From: Alphaproteobacteria bacterium | Lineage (GTDB): Bacteria; Pseudomonadota; Alphaproteobacteria; JAAXGF01 | Reading direction: 5' to 3' | NCBI GenBank assembly: GCA_963555825.3 | Contig: CAUVXB020000001.1 | Span: 1,024,001 to 1,088,000, forward strand | Length of the DNA: 64,000 bases | In this document: in pieces, positions 1 through 11,576 of the stretch | Layout of the letters: each line of letters opens with the position of its first letter | How positions within the stretch are numbered: the stretch's first letter is position 1 | Notes under the pieces: model-generated | Databases searched by the model: none | Told to the model about the DNA's origin: nothing | What the model saw: the letters and a program-made list of their open reading frames with translations, nothing else | Made by a program: the position numbers and the translations under genes

Positions 1-285
1 CGCCGCGTTGACCTTCAGGCGGTTGCGGATGATGCCGGCGTCGGCGAGCAGTCGTGCGCGGTCGGCCTCGTCGAAGGCGGCGACGGCGTCGATATCGAAG
101 CCGGCGTAGGCCGCCTTGAAGGCCGCGCGTTTCTTCAAGACCGTCAGCCACGAGAGACCAGCCTGGTTGATCTCGAGGACCAAGCGCTCGAACAACGCGG
201 CCTCGTCGGCCAGCGGAAAGCCATATTCGGTGTCGTGGTAGGGTCCGTGGAACGGGTGTCCCGGGGCGGCGTCACAATAGCTCAT
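1..285 (-). CDS. tag: DNA-3-methyladenine glycosylase I (3' end runs off the window)
   Basis: Hand translation from ATG 285: MSYCDAAPGHPFHGPYHDTEYGFP...LFERLVLEINQAGLSWLTVLKKR...IIRNRLKV; ATGA overlap with the DUF1467 stop. Confidence 0.9.
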   Translation of the reverse strand, partial: MSYCDAAPGHPFHGPYHDTEYGFPLADEAALFERLVLEINQAGLSWLTVLKKRAAFKAAYAGFDIDAVAAFDEADRARLLADAGIIRNRLKVNAA

Positions 286-530
286 TGGTCTTGCATGTAC
301 TCGCGGAAGCCGATCAGATCATATTCGACGGCGGCGGCCACGGCGCCCGTGATCGTCACGGCGATCGCCGTGGTGATCGCCGCCTTGATCCAGAGCCTCG
401 GTTTCTCCGGCGCGCTCGGCGCATGACCCGGCTCGGGCTCGTCGGGCGGGTGCACGCCGAACGGCAGGGTCATGAAGAAGACCAGCCACCAGACGATGAA
501 GAAGACGACGAAGGCACCGAACGGCTCCAT
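282..530 (-). CDS. DUF1467 family small membrane protein
   Basis: 82 aa, WWLVFFMTLPFGV...GHAPSAPEKPRL; usual position after mce. Confidence 0.85.
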   Translation of the reverse strand: MEPFGAFVVFFIVWWLVFFMTLPFGVHPPDEPEPGHAPSAPEKPRLWIKAAITTAIAVTITGAVAAAVEYDLIGFREYMQDQ

Positions 531-533
531 CGC

Positions 534-938
534 TCAGGCCTGCTCGATCTCGATCAGAGTGCCGCAGAAATCCTTCGGGTGCAGGAACAGCACCGGCTTG
601 CCGTGGGCGCCGATCCGGGGTTCGCCGTCGCCCAGCACCCGCGCGCCCGCCGCCTTCAGGTGGTCGCGCGCGGCGAGGATATCGTCGACCTCGAAGCAGA
701 CGTGGTGCATGCCGCCCGACGGGTTGCGCTCGAGGAACGGCGCGACGGGCGACGCGTCGCCGAGCGGGCACAGCAGCTCGATCTTGGCGTTGGGCAGCTC
801 GACGAACACGGTGGTCACGCCATGCTCGGGCATGTCGACCGGAGCCGACACGGTCGCGCCCAGCGCATCGCGGTAGAGCGCGCAGGCGGCACCGAGGTCG
901 GGGACGACGATGGCGACGTGATTGAGACGGCCGATCAT
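534..938 (-). CDS. mce: methylmalonyl-CoA epimerase
   Basis: RLNHVAIVVPDL, EHGV, IELL, GGMHHVCFEV VOC-fold motifs. Confidence 0.95.
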   Translation of the reverse strand: MIGRLNHVAIVVPDLGAACALYRDALGATVSAPVDMPEHGVTTVFVELPNAKIELLCPLGDASPVAPFLERNPSGGMHHVCFEVDDILAARDHLKAAGARVLGDGEPRIGAHGKPVLFLHPKDFCGTLIEIEQA

Positions 939-951
939 TGACTCGTTTCTC

Positions 952-2637
952 CTAGATACGGACGACCTGAACCTCGACCACCGGGCGCTTGTCGCGTTCC
1001 GGCTTGAGCACCCGGCGCGCCGCGATGCGCGCCGCCTCGCCGACCGTCTCGTCGTTGTTGCGGGCGCGCGGCGGCAGCGCCGCGAGTGCCGTGCGGACGG
1101 CGTCGGCCGCGTCGATCAGCGCCACCTCGCCCTCCTCATCGGGGTCATCGGTACTGAACACGCCCTGGGCGACGACGCGCGGCTCGGCCATCAGCGTGCC
1201 ATCGCCGTCGAGCACCAGAGTTACGAAAGCGACGCCGTTGTTCATCAATCGACGCCGCGCGCGGATGACGTCGCTTTCGGTGCTGAGCAGCCTTTTGCCG
1301 TCAAGGAGCAGGCGCCCCGAATGGACGTGATCGACGACCTCGGCCGGCCCCGGCGCGAGCCTCAGGAGGTCGCCGTTCTCGACGACCACCGATTCGGGCA
1401 CCTGTAGCGTTCGCGCATAGCGCGCGTGCTCCAGCAGATGGCGCGCCTCGCCGTGCACCGGCACCGAGATTCGCGGCTGCACCCATTGGTACATCTGCGC
1501 CAGCTCGTCGCGGCACGGATGGCCGGAGACGTGGATGTCATGGTCGTCCTCGGTCATGATCTCGACGCCGAGCCCGATCAGGCGGTTTTGCAGGCGGTTG
1601 ATGGCGAGTTCGTTGCCCGGAATGATCTTCGACGAAAAGATCACCGTGTCGCCCTCGCCCAGGGTGATATGCGGGTGGTTGTTTGAGGCGATGCGCGAGA
1701 GCGCCGCGCGTGGTTCGCCCTGGCACCCGGTGCACAGATAGAGCACCTTGTCGGGCGGCAGGAGCCCGCCGTCGCGATCGGTCAGCAGGGGCGGCAGGTC
1801 TTCGAGATAACCGGTCACCCTCGCCGCCTCGGTGATACGCCACAGCGAGCGGCCGACCAGCGCAACATGCCGACCGGCCGCCTCGGCCGCCGCGACGATG
1901 GTCGCGACGCGCGCGACGTTCGAGGCGAAACAGCCGACGGCGACACGGCCGGTGAGGCCACCGATCAGTTCGATCAGGTTCGCGCGCACGTCGGCCTCGG
2001 ACCCCGACTCCCCGGCGCGAAAGACATTGGTCGAATCGCAGACCATGGCGAGCACGCCGTCGTCGGCCCAGCGGCGCAACGCGGCCTCGTCGGTCACCGC
2101 GCCGACCAGCGGGTCGGGGTCGATCTTCCAGTCTCCGGTGTGCAGTACGGTGCCGGCCGGCGTCTTGATCGCCAGGGCATTGGGCTCGGGGATCGAATGG
2201 GTCAGCGAGATGAACTCGATTTCGTAGGGGCCGAGCGTGAGGCTGCCGCCAAGCGGCACCTCGGTGATCACAAGGTCCTCGATGCCCGCCATCATACCGT
2301 CGCCGCCGGCGAGCTTGCGGCGCAACACCTCGGCCGCGAAGGGCGTGGCGTAGACCGGACAGCGCAGTTGTGTCCAAAGGTAGGGGACGGCGCCCAGATG
2401 GTCCTCGTGGGCGTGGGTCAGCACGATGCCGAGCAAGTCGTCGCGATGCTCGACAATGAAGCCCGGATCGGGCAGCACGACGTCGATGCCGGGCAGCGAA
2501 TCGTCGGCGAAGGTGATGCCGAGATCGACCATTAGCCACTGGCCGTCATAGCAGTAGAGGTTGAGATTCATGCCGATCTCGCCGGCCCCGCCGAGTGGCA
2601 GGAAGAGGAGCTCGGCAGGTTCCCCACCAGGGTTCAT
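952..2637 (-). CDS. rnj: ribonuclease J
   Basis: [35 protein letters not shown]; ATG 2637 overlaps the coaX stop. Confidence 0.95.
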   Translation of the reverse strand: MNPGGEPAELLFLPLGGAGEIGMNLNLYCYDGQWLMVDLGITFADDSLPGIDVVLPDPGFIVEHRDDLLGIVLTHAHEDHLGAVPYLWTQLRCPVYATPFAAEVLRRKLAGGDGMMAGIEDLVITEVPLGGSLTLGPYEIEFISLTHSIPEPNALAIKTPAGTVLHTGDWKIDPDPLVGAVTDEAALRRWADDGVLAMVCDSTNVFRAGESGSEADVRANLIELIGGLTGRVAVGCFASNVARVATIVAAAEAAGRHVALVGRSLWRITEAARVTGYLEDLPPLLTDRDGGLLPPDKVLYLCTGCQGEPRAALSRIASNNHPHITLGEGDTVIFSSKIIPGNELAINRLQNRLIGLGVEIMTEDDHDIHVSGHPCRDELAQMYQWVQPRISVPVHGEARHLLEHARYARTLQVPESVVVENGDLLRLAPGPAEVVDHVHSGRLLLDGKRLLSTESDVIRARRRLMNNGVAFVTLVLDGDGTLMAEPRVVAQGVFSTDDPDEEGEVALIDAADAVRTALAALPPRARNNDETVGEAARIAARRVLKPERDKRPVVEVQVVRI

Positions 2638-3422
2638 CGGGCGGCACCGCTGTTGAGGCGGTAGATTTCCAGCAGGCCGCGCATGGTGAGGTCGGCGTCG
2701 ACCAGCTCGATGGCCTCGGTCGCCGCATGGAACAGGGGCGCCAGGCCGCCGGTGGCGATCACCGTCATGGGCTCGCCGAACTCCGTCTTGATTCGCGCAA
2801 CCAGGCCCTCGATGAGGCCGACATAGCCCCAGTAGACGCCGGACTGCATCATCGGCGTGGTCGCCGTGCCGATCACCGCCTGGGGCTTCTTGGCGGCCAC
2901 TCGGGGTAATTGGGCGGCGGCCATGTGCAACGCCTCGAGGGACAGGTTGATGCCCGGCGCGATGGCGCCGCCACGATAGGCGCCGGAGGCGTCGACCACG
3001 TCGAAGGTGGTCGCAGTGCCGAAGTCGATGACGATCAGCGCGCCGGGATAGCGGCTGTGGGCGGCCACCGCGTTGACCACCCGGTCGGCGCCCACCTCGT
3101 GCGGGTTGTCGACGGCAAGCTCGGCGCCGACGTCGGCGTTCTCGCCGACGATCAGTGGTTCGCAGCCGTAGAAGCGCTGGCACAGGGCGCGCAGGTGGAA
3201 CACGGTCTCGGGCACCACGCTGGCGATGATGGCCGCGCCGATTTGCTTGTGGTCGATGTCGTCGAGGCCGAGGAGCTGGATCAGCCAGACGGCATACTCG
3301 TCGGCGGTGCGGTCGGCGCGGGTCGCGGCCCGCCACTGGCCGCGCTGCTCGTCGCCATCGTAGACTGCGAACACCGTATTGGTGTTGCCGGCGTCGACGG
3401 CGAGCAGAAATCCGCCGCTCAT
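2634..3422 (-). CDS. coaX: type III pantothenate kinase
   Basis: [37 protein letters not shown]. Confidence 0.95.
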   Translation of the reverse strand: MSGGFLLAVDAGNTNTVFAVYDGDEQRGQWRAATRADRTADEYAVWLIQLLGLDDIDHKQIGAAIIASVVPETVFHLRALCQRFYGCEPLIVGENADVGAELAVDNPHEVGADRVVNAVAAHSRYPGALIVIDFGTATTFDVVDASGAYRGGAIAPGINLSLEALHMAAAQLPRVAAKKPQAVIGTATTPMMQSGVYWGYVGLIEGLVARIKTEFGEPMTVIATGGLAPLFHAATEAIELVDADLTMRGLLEIYRLNSGAAR

Positions 3423-4183
3423 GCCGCACCACCGAAGAAGACGTCGCCGGTGTGGACGGTGCGCAGGCTGCCGTCGACCATCTCGACGATCAGCGCGCCG
3501 GTCTCGTCGATGTCGGCGAAGATGCCCTCGATCTCCTCGTCGTCGAGCGTGACCGTGATCGCCTCGCCGACACCCTTGGCGTAGCGCATGACCTCCTCGC
3601 GGATCGGCGCGAAGCCGCCCTCGACCCATGTGTTGGCGCGGGTCTGGAAGTGGCGCGCGAAGCCTTCCAACACCTCGCCCGGCGTCACCTCGCCGCAACC
3701 CTCGGCGCGCAGCGCGGTGGCCGGAATGTTGGGGTCGTCGGGCGCGCTGGCGACATTGACGCCCATGCCGACGATCAACCAATCGAGCGCGTCCGGTCCG
3801 GTCGTCGACGCCTCGAGCAGGATGCCCGCTACCTTGCGTCCGTTGAGCAGCACGTCGTTGGGCCATTTGAAATCGATTTGGCTGTGCGGCGCGACCAGCA
3901 TGTTCAAGGCGCCGGTCAGGGCCATCGCGGCGACGAACGAGAGTTGCGCCGCTTCGCCGGGCGGACAGTCCGGTCGCAGAAGCAGAGAAATGTACAGATT
4001 GCCCTCGGGCGACGCCCAGTCACGGCCACGCCGGCCGCGGCCCATGCGCTGGCTGAGGCCCCAGACCAGTGTGCCCTCCTCGGCGCCGCCTTCGGCGAGC
4101 CGTCTGGCCTCGTCGTTCGTGCTGTCGACCTCGTCGAGCACCACCAGCCTGAAGGCCGGCGGCAACTGTACGTCCCGGGTCAC
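3419..4183 (-). CDS. birA: biotin--[acetyl-CoA-carboxylase] ligase
   Basis: [34 protein letters not shown]; GTG start overlapping the nuoN stop. Confidence 0.93.
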   Translation of the reverse strand: MTRDVQLPPAFRLVVLDEVDSTNDEARRLAEGGAEEGTLVWGLSQRMGRGRRGRDWASPEGNLYISLLLRPDCPPGEAAQLSFVAAMALTGALNMLVAPHSQIDFKWPNDVLLNGRKVAGILLEASTTGPDALDWLIVGMGVNVASAPDDPNIPATALRAEGCGEVTPGEVLEGFARHFQTRANTWVEGGFAPIREEVMRYAKGVGEAITVTLDDEEIEGIFADIDETGALIVEMVDGSLRTVHTGDVFFGGAA

Positions 4184-5619
4184 GGCATCAAGGCGGATGC
4201 CGCTGCCTGCGCCGCCTGCAGCAGCTCGGTCGGCCATGCGAAGAAGAGCAGCGTGAACAGCGTCGTCGCAGCGACGATGATGCTGAGTTCGCGGCCGATC
4301 GGCCGGTCGAACGGGTCGGCCGGTTCGTCGAAGTACATCACCTTGACGATGCGCATGTAATAGAACGCCGCCACCACGCTGCTCAGCAAGCCGATCACAG
4401 CGAGGCCGTAGAGCCCGGCATCGATCGCCGCGAGGAAGACGAAATATTTGCCGAAGAAGCCGGCGAGCGGCGGAATACCGGCCATGGCGAACATGAAGAC
4501 GGCGAGCGCGAAGGCGAGCAGCGGGTTGGTGCGCGACAACCCGGCCAGCTCGTCGATGCCCTCGACCATGCGGTCCTGGCGGCGCATCGCCAGGATGCAG
4601 CCGAACGCGCCGACGCTCATCATCAGATATATCGCCATGTAGATGATGACGCCGTGCACGCCGGCGCCGGTGCCGGCCGCCAGACCGACCAGCGCATAGC
4701 CGACATGGCCGATCGAGGAGTAGGCCATCAGGCGCTTGATGTTCGACTGGCCGATCGCGGCGAAGGCGCCGAGCAGCATCGAGGCGATCGAGACGAAGAC
4801 GATGATCTGCTGCCACTGGGCGGCCAACTCGCCGAACGGCTGCATGGTGACGCGCAGCAGAAGCGCGATGGCGGCGATCTTGGGCGCCACCGAGAAGAAC
4901 GCGGTCACCGGCGTCGGCGCGCCCTCGTAGACGTCTGGCGTCCACATGTGGAACGGCACTGCCGAGATCTTGAAGGCGAGACCGGCGGCGATGAACACGA
5001 TGCCGACGACGACGCCGATCGACACATCGCCGTGGGCGCCGGCGAAATGGTCGGCCAGCGCATCGAAGCGCGTCGTGCCGCTAAAACCATAGACCAGCGA
5101 GCAGCCATAGAGGAGCATCCCGGAGGCGAGCGCGCCGAGCACGAAATACTTGAGCCCGGCCTCCGTCGAGCGCAGCGAATCGCGCTGGAACGCGGCGACG
5201 ACGTAGAGCGCCAGGCTCTGCAACTCGAGGCCGACATAGAGCGACATGAGGTCGTTGGCCGACACCATCATCATCATACCGAGCGTCGCCAACAGCAAGA
5301 GAACCGGGAACTCGAAGCGTTCCATGTTCTCGCGCCGGATGAAGCCGAGCGACATGATCAGCGTCAGCCCGGCGCCGATCAGCACCAGGAGCTTCATGAA
5401 TATGGCGAAGTCGTCGACCACGAACAATCCGTCGAAGGTCGTCGTCGTGGGTGACGATGGGCCGGCGATCAGTATATAGGCGACGATGAACGAGGCGACG
5501 ACCAGGCCCGAGATCGTGCGCGTCGCGCGGTGGCCGCGGAAGGCGCCGAACATCAACAGCCCCATGGCGGCGAGCGCGAGCCAGATTTCGGCGAGGACCG
5601 GGGTCAGCAAGGCCGCCAT
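4180..5619 (-). CDS. nuoN: NADH-quinone oxidoreductase subunit N
   Basis: [30 protein letters not shown]; operon order. Confidence 0.97.
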   Translation of the reverse strand: MAALLTPVLAEIWLALAAMGLLMFGAFRGHRATRTISGLVVASFIVAYILIAGPSSPTTTTFDGLFVVDDFAIFMKLLVLIGAGLTLIMSLGFIRRENMERFEFPVLLLLATLGMMMMVSANDLMSLYVGLELQSLALYVVAAFQRDSLRSTEAGLKYFVLGALASGMLLYGCSLVYGFSGTTRFDALADHFAGAHGDVSIGVVVGIVFIAAGLAFKISAVPFHMWTPDVYEGAPTPVTAFFSVAPKIAAIALLLRVTMQPFGELAAQWQQIIVFVSIASMLLGAFAAIGQSNIKRLMAYSSIGHVGYALVGLAAGTGAGVHGVIIYMAIYLMMSVGAFGCILAMRRQDRMVEGIDELAGLSRTNPLLAFALAVFMFAMAGIPPLAGFFGKYFVFLAAIDAGLYGLAVIGLLSSVVAAFYYMRIVKVMYFDEPADPFDRPIGRELSIIVAATTLFTLLFFAWPTELLQAAQAAASALMP

Positions 5620-5628
5620 CGTCGCCTC

Positions 5629-7146
5629 CTAGCGTCCGACCAGCGCCGTCGCGACGCTGGTCACGCTCGGCGCGCCGCCGGCCTGAACGATCAGATTTTC
5701 GACCGAAACGCGGAGCACCGAGAGGAAGATCTCGGGATAAACGCCCATCACCATCACCGCAACGACCATCGGCGCGAAGATCACGATCTCGCGGCGGTCC
5801 ATGTCGAGAATGTCTTTCAGGTGATCCTTGGTCAGGTTGCCGAACACGACGCGGCGGTAGAGCCACAGCATGTAGGCCGGGCCGAGGATTATGCCGGTCA
5901 TCGCCAGCATGGCGACCCAGGTGTTGACCTGATAGACGCCAACCAGCGCGAGGAATTCGCCGACGAAGCCGGACGTCCCCGGCAGGCCAACCGACGCCAG
6001 GGTGAACAGCAGGAAGACGAAGGCGTACACCGGCATGCGGTGGACCAGGCCGCCGTAATGGGCAATGTCGCGCGAATGGCAGCGGTCGTAGATCACGCCG
6101 ACGCAAAGGAACAGCGCGGCCGAGACGACACCGTGGCTGAGCATGAGCAGGAGCGCGCCCTCGATGCCTTGCGTGTTGAACGAGAAGATGCCGATCGTCA
6201 CGAACCCCATATGGGCGACCGACGAATAGGCGATCAGCTTCTTCATGTCCTCCTGCGCCAGCGCGACCAGCGAGGTGTAGATCACGGCGACGACGCTGAG
6301 CGTGAAGATCAATGGCGTGAAGAACGCGCTCGCCTCGGGCAGCATGGGCAGCGAGAAGCGGATGAAACCGTAAGCGCCGTATTTCAAGAGCACGCCGGCC
6401 AGCACCATCGAACCCGCCGTCGGCGCCTCGACATGGGCGTCGGGCAGCCAGGTATGCACCGGCCACATCGGCACCTTGACGGCGAACGACGCGAACAGCC
6501 CGAGCCATAGCCAATACTGCATGTCGACCGGAAAGTCGGTCGCCATCAGCGTCGGGATGTCGGTCGTGCCGGCGACGAAGTACATCGCCAGGATGGCGAG
6601 CAGCAGCAGCACCGAGCCGAGCAGCGTGTAGAGGAAGAACTTGAACGCCGAGTAAACGCGGCGCGGCCCACCCCAGATGCCGATCAACAGGAACATCGGG
6701 ATCAGCGTGCCTTCGAAGAACAGGTAAAAGAGCACGAAATCGAGCGACGAGAAGACGCCGACCATCATCGTCTCGAGCACCAGGAAGGTGATCATGTATT
6801 CCTTCACGCGGCTCTCGATCGCACGCCAGCTGGCGAGGATGCAAATCGGCGTCAGGAAGGTGCTCAAGAGCACAAAGAACAGCGTGATGCCGTCGATGCC
6901 GACGTGATAGGCGATGTTGAAGTCGGGAATCCATGGGACGCGCTGGACGAATTGGAACTCGGCCGTCGTTTTATCGAAACCGAGCCACAACAGCAGCGAC
7001 AGGACGAAGGTGATCAGCGAGGTCCAGAGCGCGACGTTGCGGGCATTGCGCGCGACGATCGCATCTTCGCCCCGGATAAACGCGATCAACAGCGCACCGA
7101 CCAGCGGCAGGAAGATCGTCAGGGAAATAATCGGAAGTTCGGTCAT
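5629..7146 (-). CDS. nuoM: NADH-quinone oxidoreductase subunit M
   Basis: VKVPMWPVHTWLPDAHVEAPTAGS. Confidence 0.97.
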   Translation of the reverse strand: MTELPIISLTIFLPLVGALLIAFIRGEDAIVARNARNVALWTSLITFVLSLLLWLGFDKTTAEFQFVQRVPWIPDFNIAYHVGIDGITLFFVLLSTFLTPICILASWRAIESRVKEYMITFLVLETMMVGVFSSLDFVLFYLFFEGTLIPMFLLIGIWGGPRRVYSAFKFFLYTLLGSVLLLLAILAMYFVAGTTDIPTLMATDFPVDMQYWLWLGLFASFAVKVPMWPVHTWLPDAHVEAPTAGSMVLAGVLLKYGAYGFIRFSLPMLPEASAFFTPLIFTLSVVAVIYTSLVALAQEDMKKLIAYSSVAHMGFVTIGIFSFNTQGIEGALLLMLSHGVVSAALFLCVGVIYDRCHSRDIAHYGGLVHRMPVYAFVFLLFTLASVGLPGTSGFVGEFLALVGVYQVNTWVAMLAMTGIILGPAYMLWLYRRVVFGNLTKDHLKDILDMDRREIVIFAPMVVAVMVMGVYPEIFLSVLRVSVENLIVQAGGAPSVTSVATALVGR

Positions 7147-7156
7147 GGTTCGACCC

Positions 7157-9091
7157 TTACACCCCCGGCCCCAGCAGGTACCAGGTGACCAGCCCGGCAA
7201 CGCCGATCAACATGGCGAATGCGTAGTGATAAAGGTAACCGGTCTGCAGCCGTGTCGCCCGGCGCGCCAGGTCGAGCACCGCGGCGGCGATGCCGTCGGG
7301 TCCGACGCCGTCGATGACAGCGCCGTCGCCGCCCTTCCAGAATCCCCGGCCCAGGTAGTTGGCGCCGCGCACGAACACGATGTCGTAGAGTTCGTCGAAA
7401 TACCATTTGTTGAGCAGGAACAGATAGACCGGCCGGCATTGCGCGACGATGCGCGCCGGCAGCCCGGGCGCCGACATGTACATGACATAGGCGATCGCGA
7501 TGCCGACCGCGCCGACCGCGAGCGGCAAGCCCTTGACCCACGCCGGTACGTGATGCGCCGCCTCGAGCACGTTGTTCTTGGCGAGCACGACGATGCTGCC
7601 GCGCCAGAACGCGCCGTCGGCGTCGACCATGCCGAGCTGCACGCCGATGTAGCCCGAGAAGATCGCGCCGAGCGCCAGGAGAATGAGCGGAATGGTCATC
7701 ACCTTGGGCGATTCGTGGACATGCGCCAAGACCTTCTCGTCGGCGCGCGACGCGCCGTGGAAAGTCATGAACAAGAGCCGCCAGGAATAGAACGCGGTCA
7801 TGATCGCCGCCGCGATGCCCAGCCAGAAAGCGTAATAGCCGATCCCCGATTGCGCCGCGAAGGCCGATTCGAGGATCATGTCCTTCGAGAAGTAGCCGGC
7901 GAAGAACGGCACGCCGGCAAGCGCCAGGCTGCCGACCCACATGACGCCGTAGGTCAGCGGGATCATCTTCCACAAACCGCCCATCTTGCGCATGTCCTGC
8001 TCGGCCGACATGGCGTGGATCACCGAGCCGGCGCCGAGGAACAAGAGCGCCTTGAAGAAGGCGTGGGTCGTCAGATGGAAGATGCCGGCGGAATAGGCCG
8101 AGACGCCGCAGGCGAAGAACATGTAGCCGAGCTGGCTGCAAGTCGAATAGGCGATGACCCGCTTGATGTCGGTTTGGCAGGTCGCGATGGTCGCCGCGAA
8201 GAAAGCAGTGCTGGCGCCGACCACGGCGACGACGGCGAGCGCGGTCGGCGAAAGCTCGAACAACGGCGAGAGCCTGGCCACCATGAAGACGCCCGCGGTC
8301 ACCATGGTCGCCGCATGGATCAGCGCCGAGACCGGCGTCGGGCCTTCCATCGCATCGGGCAGCCAGGTGTGCAGGCCGAGCTGCGCCGACTTTCCCATGG
8401 CGCCGACGAACAGCAGCAGGCAGATCAGCGTCAGCGTGTCGAACTGGACGCCGAGGAACTCGATCGTCGTGCCGACGTACTCGGGCGCGGCGGCGAACAC
8501 CGCGTCGAAGGTCACCGCGTTGAAGACGAAGAAGATCGCCAGGATGCCGAGCGAGAAGCCGAAGTCGCCGACACGGTTGACCAGGAACGCCTTGATCGCC
8601 GCGGCGTTGGCCGCCGGTCGCGTGTACCAGAAACCGATCAGCAGGTACGAGCACAGGCCGACGCCTTCCCAACCGAAGAACATCTGCACCAGGTTGTCGG
8701 CGCTGACCAGCATCAGCATCGAGAAGGTGAACAGGCTGAGATAGGCGAAGAACCGCGGGATGTGCGGGTCGTGCGACATGTAGCCGATCGAATAGACGTG
8801 GATGATGAACGACACGGTGGCGACGACGGTGATCATCACCGCCGAGAGCGTATCGAAGCGCAGCGACCACGCCGCCTCGAAGGCGCCTGAATCGATCCAG
8901 GTGATCGGTTCGACGGTTATCGTCCGGCCGAGCAACGCGACGTCGTAGAACACCAGCCACGAGGCCAGCATGGCGATCGCCATGAAGACGCAGGTGATGA
9001 TCGCCGCGGCACGGTCGCCCAGCGCACGGCCGAAGAAGCCGGCGATGATTGCGCCGATCAGTGGTGAAATGACAGAAGCGGCGTGCAACAT
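7157..9091 (-). CDS. nuoL: NADH-quinone oxidoreductase subunit L
   Basis: GKSAQLGLHTWLPDAMEGPTPVSALIHAATMV. Confidence 0.97.
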   Translation of the reverse strand: MLHAASVISPLIGAIIAGFFGRALGDRAAAIITCVFMAIAMLASWLVFYDVALLGRTITVEPITWIDSGAFEAAWSLRFDTLSAVMITVVATVSFIIHVYSIGYMSHDPHIPRFFAYLSLFTFSMLMLVSADNLVQMFFGWEGVGLCSYLLIGFWYTRPAANAAAIKAFLVNRVGDFGFSLGILAIFFVFNAVTFDAVFAAAPEYVGTTIEFLGVQFDTLTLICLLLFVGAMGKSAQLGLHTWLPDAMEGPTPVSALIHAATMVTAGVFMVARLSPLFELSPTALAVVAVVGASTAFFAATIATCQTDIKRVIAYSTCSQLGYMFFACGVSAYSAGIFHLTTHAFFKALLFLGAGSVIHAMSAEQDMRKMGGLWKMIPLTYGVMWVGSLALAGVPFFAGYFSKDMILESAFAAQSGIGYYAFWLGIAAAIMTAFYSWRLLFMTFHGASRADEKVLAHVHESPKVMTIPLILLALGAIFSGYIGVQLGMVDADGAFWRGSIVVLAKNNVLEAAHHVPAWVKGLPLAVGAVGIAIAYVMYMSAPGLPARIVAQCRPVYLFLLNKWYFDELYDIVFVRGANYLGRGFWKGGDGAVIDGVGPDGIAAAVLDLARRATRLQTGYLYHYAFAMLIGVAGLVTWYLLGPGV

Positions 9092-9096
9092 GTCGC

Positions 9097-9405
9097 TCAG
9101 CCCTTCATCACGTTGATGTCCTCGACCTCGATCGAGCCGCGATTGCGGAAATAGACGACCAGGATTGCGAGACCGATGGCGGCCTCGGCCGCCGCGACGG
9201 TGAGCACGAACATGGCGAACACCTGGCCGGTCAGATCACCCAGATGGGTCGAGAACGCGACCAGGTTGATATTTACCGCAAGCAGCATCAGCTCGATCGA
9301 CATCAAGATGATGATGACGTTCTTCCGATTGAGGAAGATGCCGAAGATGCCGAGCGTGAACAGGATCGCCGCGACAGCCAGGTAATGGGACAGGCCGACG
9401 GCCAT
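9097..9405 (-). CDS. nuoK: NADH-quinone oxidoreductase subunit K
   Basis: [23 protein letters not shown]. Confidence 0.97.
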   Translation of the reverse strand: MAVGLSHYLAVAAILFTLGIFGIFLNRKNVIIILMSIELMLLAVNINLVAFSTHLGDLTGQVFAMFVLTVAAAEAAIGLAILVVYFRNRGSIEVEDINVMKG

Positions 9406-10013
9406 TACGCACCCTCCCCCGGCGAAACCTTCTTGAGCTCGACCGCCTCCTCGCGGGTGCGGCGAACCTGTCGGCCGATGTCTTGCTTCCTGACCCCGGT
9501 GCGCACCCGGTGGGTCAGCACGATGGCGCCGATCATGGCGACCAGCAACACCATGCCGGCGCCCTGGAACAGATAGACGTAATCGGTATAGAGAACCGCG
9601 CCGAGCGCCTCGGTATTGGTCGTCCCGGCCGGCGTCGGCGTCGCGGCCGGCGCCTGGCTGTCGGGCGCCAGGCTCCAGCCGGCGATGACCAGGACCAGTT
9701 CAGTCATCAGCAGGAGGCCGATCATGGCGCCGGTTGGCAGGTATTGGAGGAATCCCTCACGCAGCGCCGTGAGGTTGATGTCGAGCATCATGACGACGAA
9801 CAGGAACAGCACCGCGACCGCGCCGACGTAGACGACGACCAGGATCATCGCCAGGAACTCGGCGCCCATCAGCACGAACAGCCCCGCCGAATTGCAGAAG
9901 GCGAGGATTAGGAACAGCACAGAATGCACCGGATTGCGCGCGGCGATGACCATCACCGCGGCACCGACGGTGACGCCGGCGAACATATAGAAGGCGAGCG
10001 TCGCGATGATCAT
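9405..10013 (-). CDS. nuoJ: NADH-quinone oxidoreductase subunit J
   Basis: [28 protein letters not shown]; ATG 10013. Confidence 0.95.
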   Translation of the reverse strand: MIIATLAFYMFAGVTVGAAVMVIAARNPVHSVLFLILAFCNSAGLFVLMGAEFLAMILVVVYVGAVAVLFLFVVMMLDINLTALREGFLQYLPTGAMIGLLLMTELVLVIAGWSLAPDSQAPAATPTPAGTTNTEALGAVLYTDYVYLFQGAGMVLLVAMIGAIVLTHRVRTGVRKQDIGRQVRRTREEAVELKKVSPGEGA

Positions 10014-10060
10014 CGCCGTGCCTCCGTCTCCGTGGTGTCGATCCGGCTCATTCGCACGGC

Positions 10061-10549
10061 CTAGCGATACGGCGCATCGGCGGCCAGGTTGGCGGCGATC
10101 GCCGCTTCCCAGCGATCGCCGTTGGCGAGCAGCTTCTCCTTGTCGTAGAGCAACTCCTCGTGGGTCTCGGTGGCGTACTCGAAGTTTGGTCCCTCGACGA
10201 TGGCGTCCACCGGACAGGCTTCCTGGCAGAAACCGCAGTAGATGCATTTGGTCATGTCGATATCGTAGCGCGTCGTGCGCCGGCTGCCGTCCTCGCGCGG
10301 CTCGGCCTCGATGGTGATCGCCAGCGCCGGACAGACCGCCTCGCACAGCTTGCAGGCGATGCAGCGCTCCTCGCCGTTGGCGTAGCGGCGAAGCGCGTGC
10401 TCACCGCGGAAGCGCGGCCCCAGCGGCCCCTTCTCGTGCGGATAGTTGATGGTCGCCTTGCGGGTGAAGAAATAGCGCAACGTCACCGACATGCCCTTGG
10501 CCAGTTCGACCAGCAGGAGCGTCCGTGCGGCGCGGTCCAAGAATGTCAT
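10061..10549 (-). CDS. nuoI: NADH-quinone oxidoreductase subunit I
   Basis: Two 4Fe-4S motifs, [12 protein letters not shown] and [12 protein letters not shown]. Confidence 0.97.
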   Translation of the reverse strand: MTFLDRAARTLLLVELAKGMSVTLRYFFTRKATINYPHEKGPLGPRFRGEHALRRYANGEERCIACKLCEAVCPALAITIEAEPREDGSRRTTRYDIDMTKCIYCGFCQEACPVDAIVEGPNFEYATETHEELLYDKEKLLANGDRWEAAIAANLAADAPYR

Positions 10550-10565
10550 GGTTATCTCCTCACCG

Positions 10566-11576
10566 TCATTTCGGCACCCAGTCGAAGGCAACCAGCACAC
10601 CCGAATAGACCGCGACGGCGCCCAGCGACAGCGGCAGGAAGACCTTCCAGCCAAGGCGCATGAGCTGGTCGTAGCGGTAGCGCGGGAAGGTCGCGCGGAT
10701 CCACAGATAGAGGAACAGGAGCGTGGCGACCTTGCCGGCGAACCAGATCGGCCCGGGGATCCAGTTGAACGGCGCGATGTCGAACGGCGGCAGCCAGCCG
10801 CCCAGGAACAGGATCGTCGTCATGCCGCACATCAGGATCATGGCGGCGTATTCGCCAAGGAAGAACAGCGCGAATGTCATCGCCGAATACTCGACGTTGT
10901 AGCCGGCGACCAGCTCGGCCTCGGCCTCGGGCAGGTCGAATGGCGCGCGGTTGGTCTCGGCCAGCGTCGAGATGAAGAAGATGACGAACATCGGAAACAG
11001 CGGAATGAAGAACCACAGGTCGCGCTGCGCAAGCACGATGTCGGTAAGCCTGAGCGAGCCGACGCAGACCAGCACCGTGATGATGACGAAGCCCATCGAG
11101 ACCTCGTAGGACACCATCTGCGCGGCCGAGCGCAGGGCGCCCAGGAAGGCGAAGCGCGAATTGCTCGCCCAGCCCGCCATGATGATGCCGTAGACGCCGA
11201 GCGAGGAAATCGCGAAGAGATAGAGCATGCCGACGTTGAGATCGGCGATCACCCAGCCCTCGTTGACCGGCATGACGGCCCAGGCGACCAGGGCGAGCAC
11301 GAAGGTCAGCATCGGCGCCATGATGAACAGCACCTTGTTGGCGCCGGACGGGACGATGGTTTCCTTGGTCATCAGCTTCAGCGCGTCGGCGATCGGCTGC
11401 AAGAGACCGAACGGGCCGACGACGTTGGGGCCCTTGCGGATCTGCATGGCGGCGATCACCTTGCGCTCGAAATAGGTGAGATAGGCAACGCTGATCATCA
11501 GCGGCACGAGCAGCGCGACGATCCCCGCGACGATGATCACGCCCGGCCAGATGAAGCCATTCCACAGCTCAACCAT
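10566..11576 (-). CDS. nuoH: NADH-quinone oxidoreductase subunit H
   Basis: [35 protein letters not shown]. Confidence 0.97.
   Translation of the reverse strand: MVELWNGFIWPGVIIVAGIVALLVPLMISVAYLTYFERKVIAAMQIRKGPNVVGPFGLLQPIADALKLMTKETIVPSGANKVLFIMAPMLTFVLALVAWAVMPVNEGWVIADLNVGMLYLFAISSLGVYGIIMAGWASNSRFAFLGALRSAAQMVSYEVSMGFVIITVLVCVGSLRLTDIVLAQRDLWFFIPLFPMFVIFFISTLAETNRAPFDLPEAEAELVAGYNVEYSAMTFALFFLGEYAAMILMCGMTTILFLGGWLPPFDIAPFNWIPGPIWFAGKVATLLFLYLWIRATFPRYRYDQLMRLGWKVFLPLSLGAVAVYSGVLVAFDWVPK

Noticed and set aside
952-4945. Long N-terminal extensions on rnj, coaX and birA (also nuoE, nuoJ, nnr, matA and the PiT gene) in the ORF track
   Set aside because: Alternative-frame read-through of the upstream gene; family motifs begin at the internal starts used above
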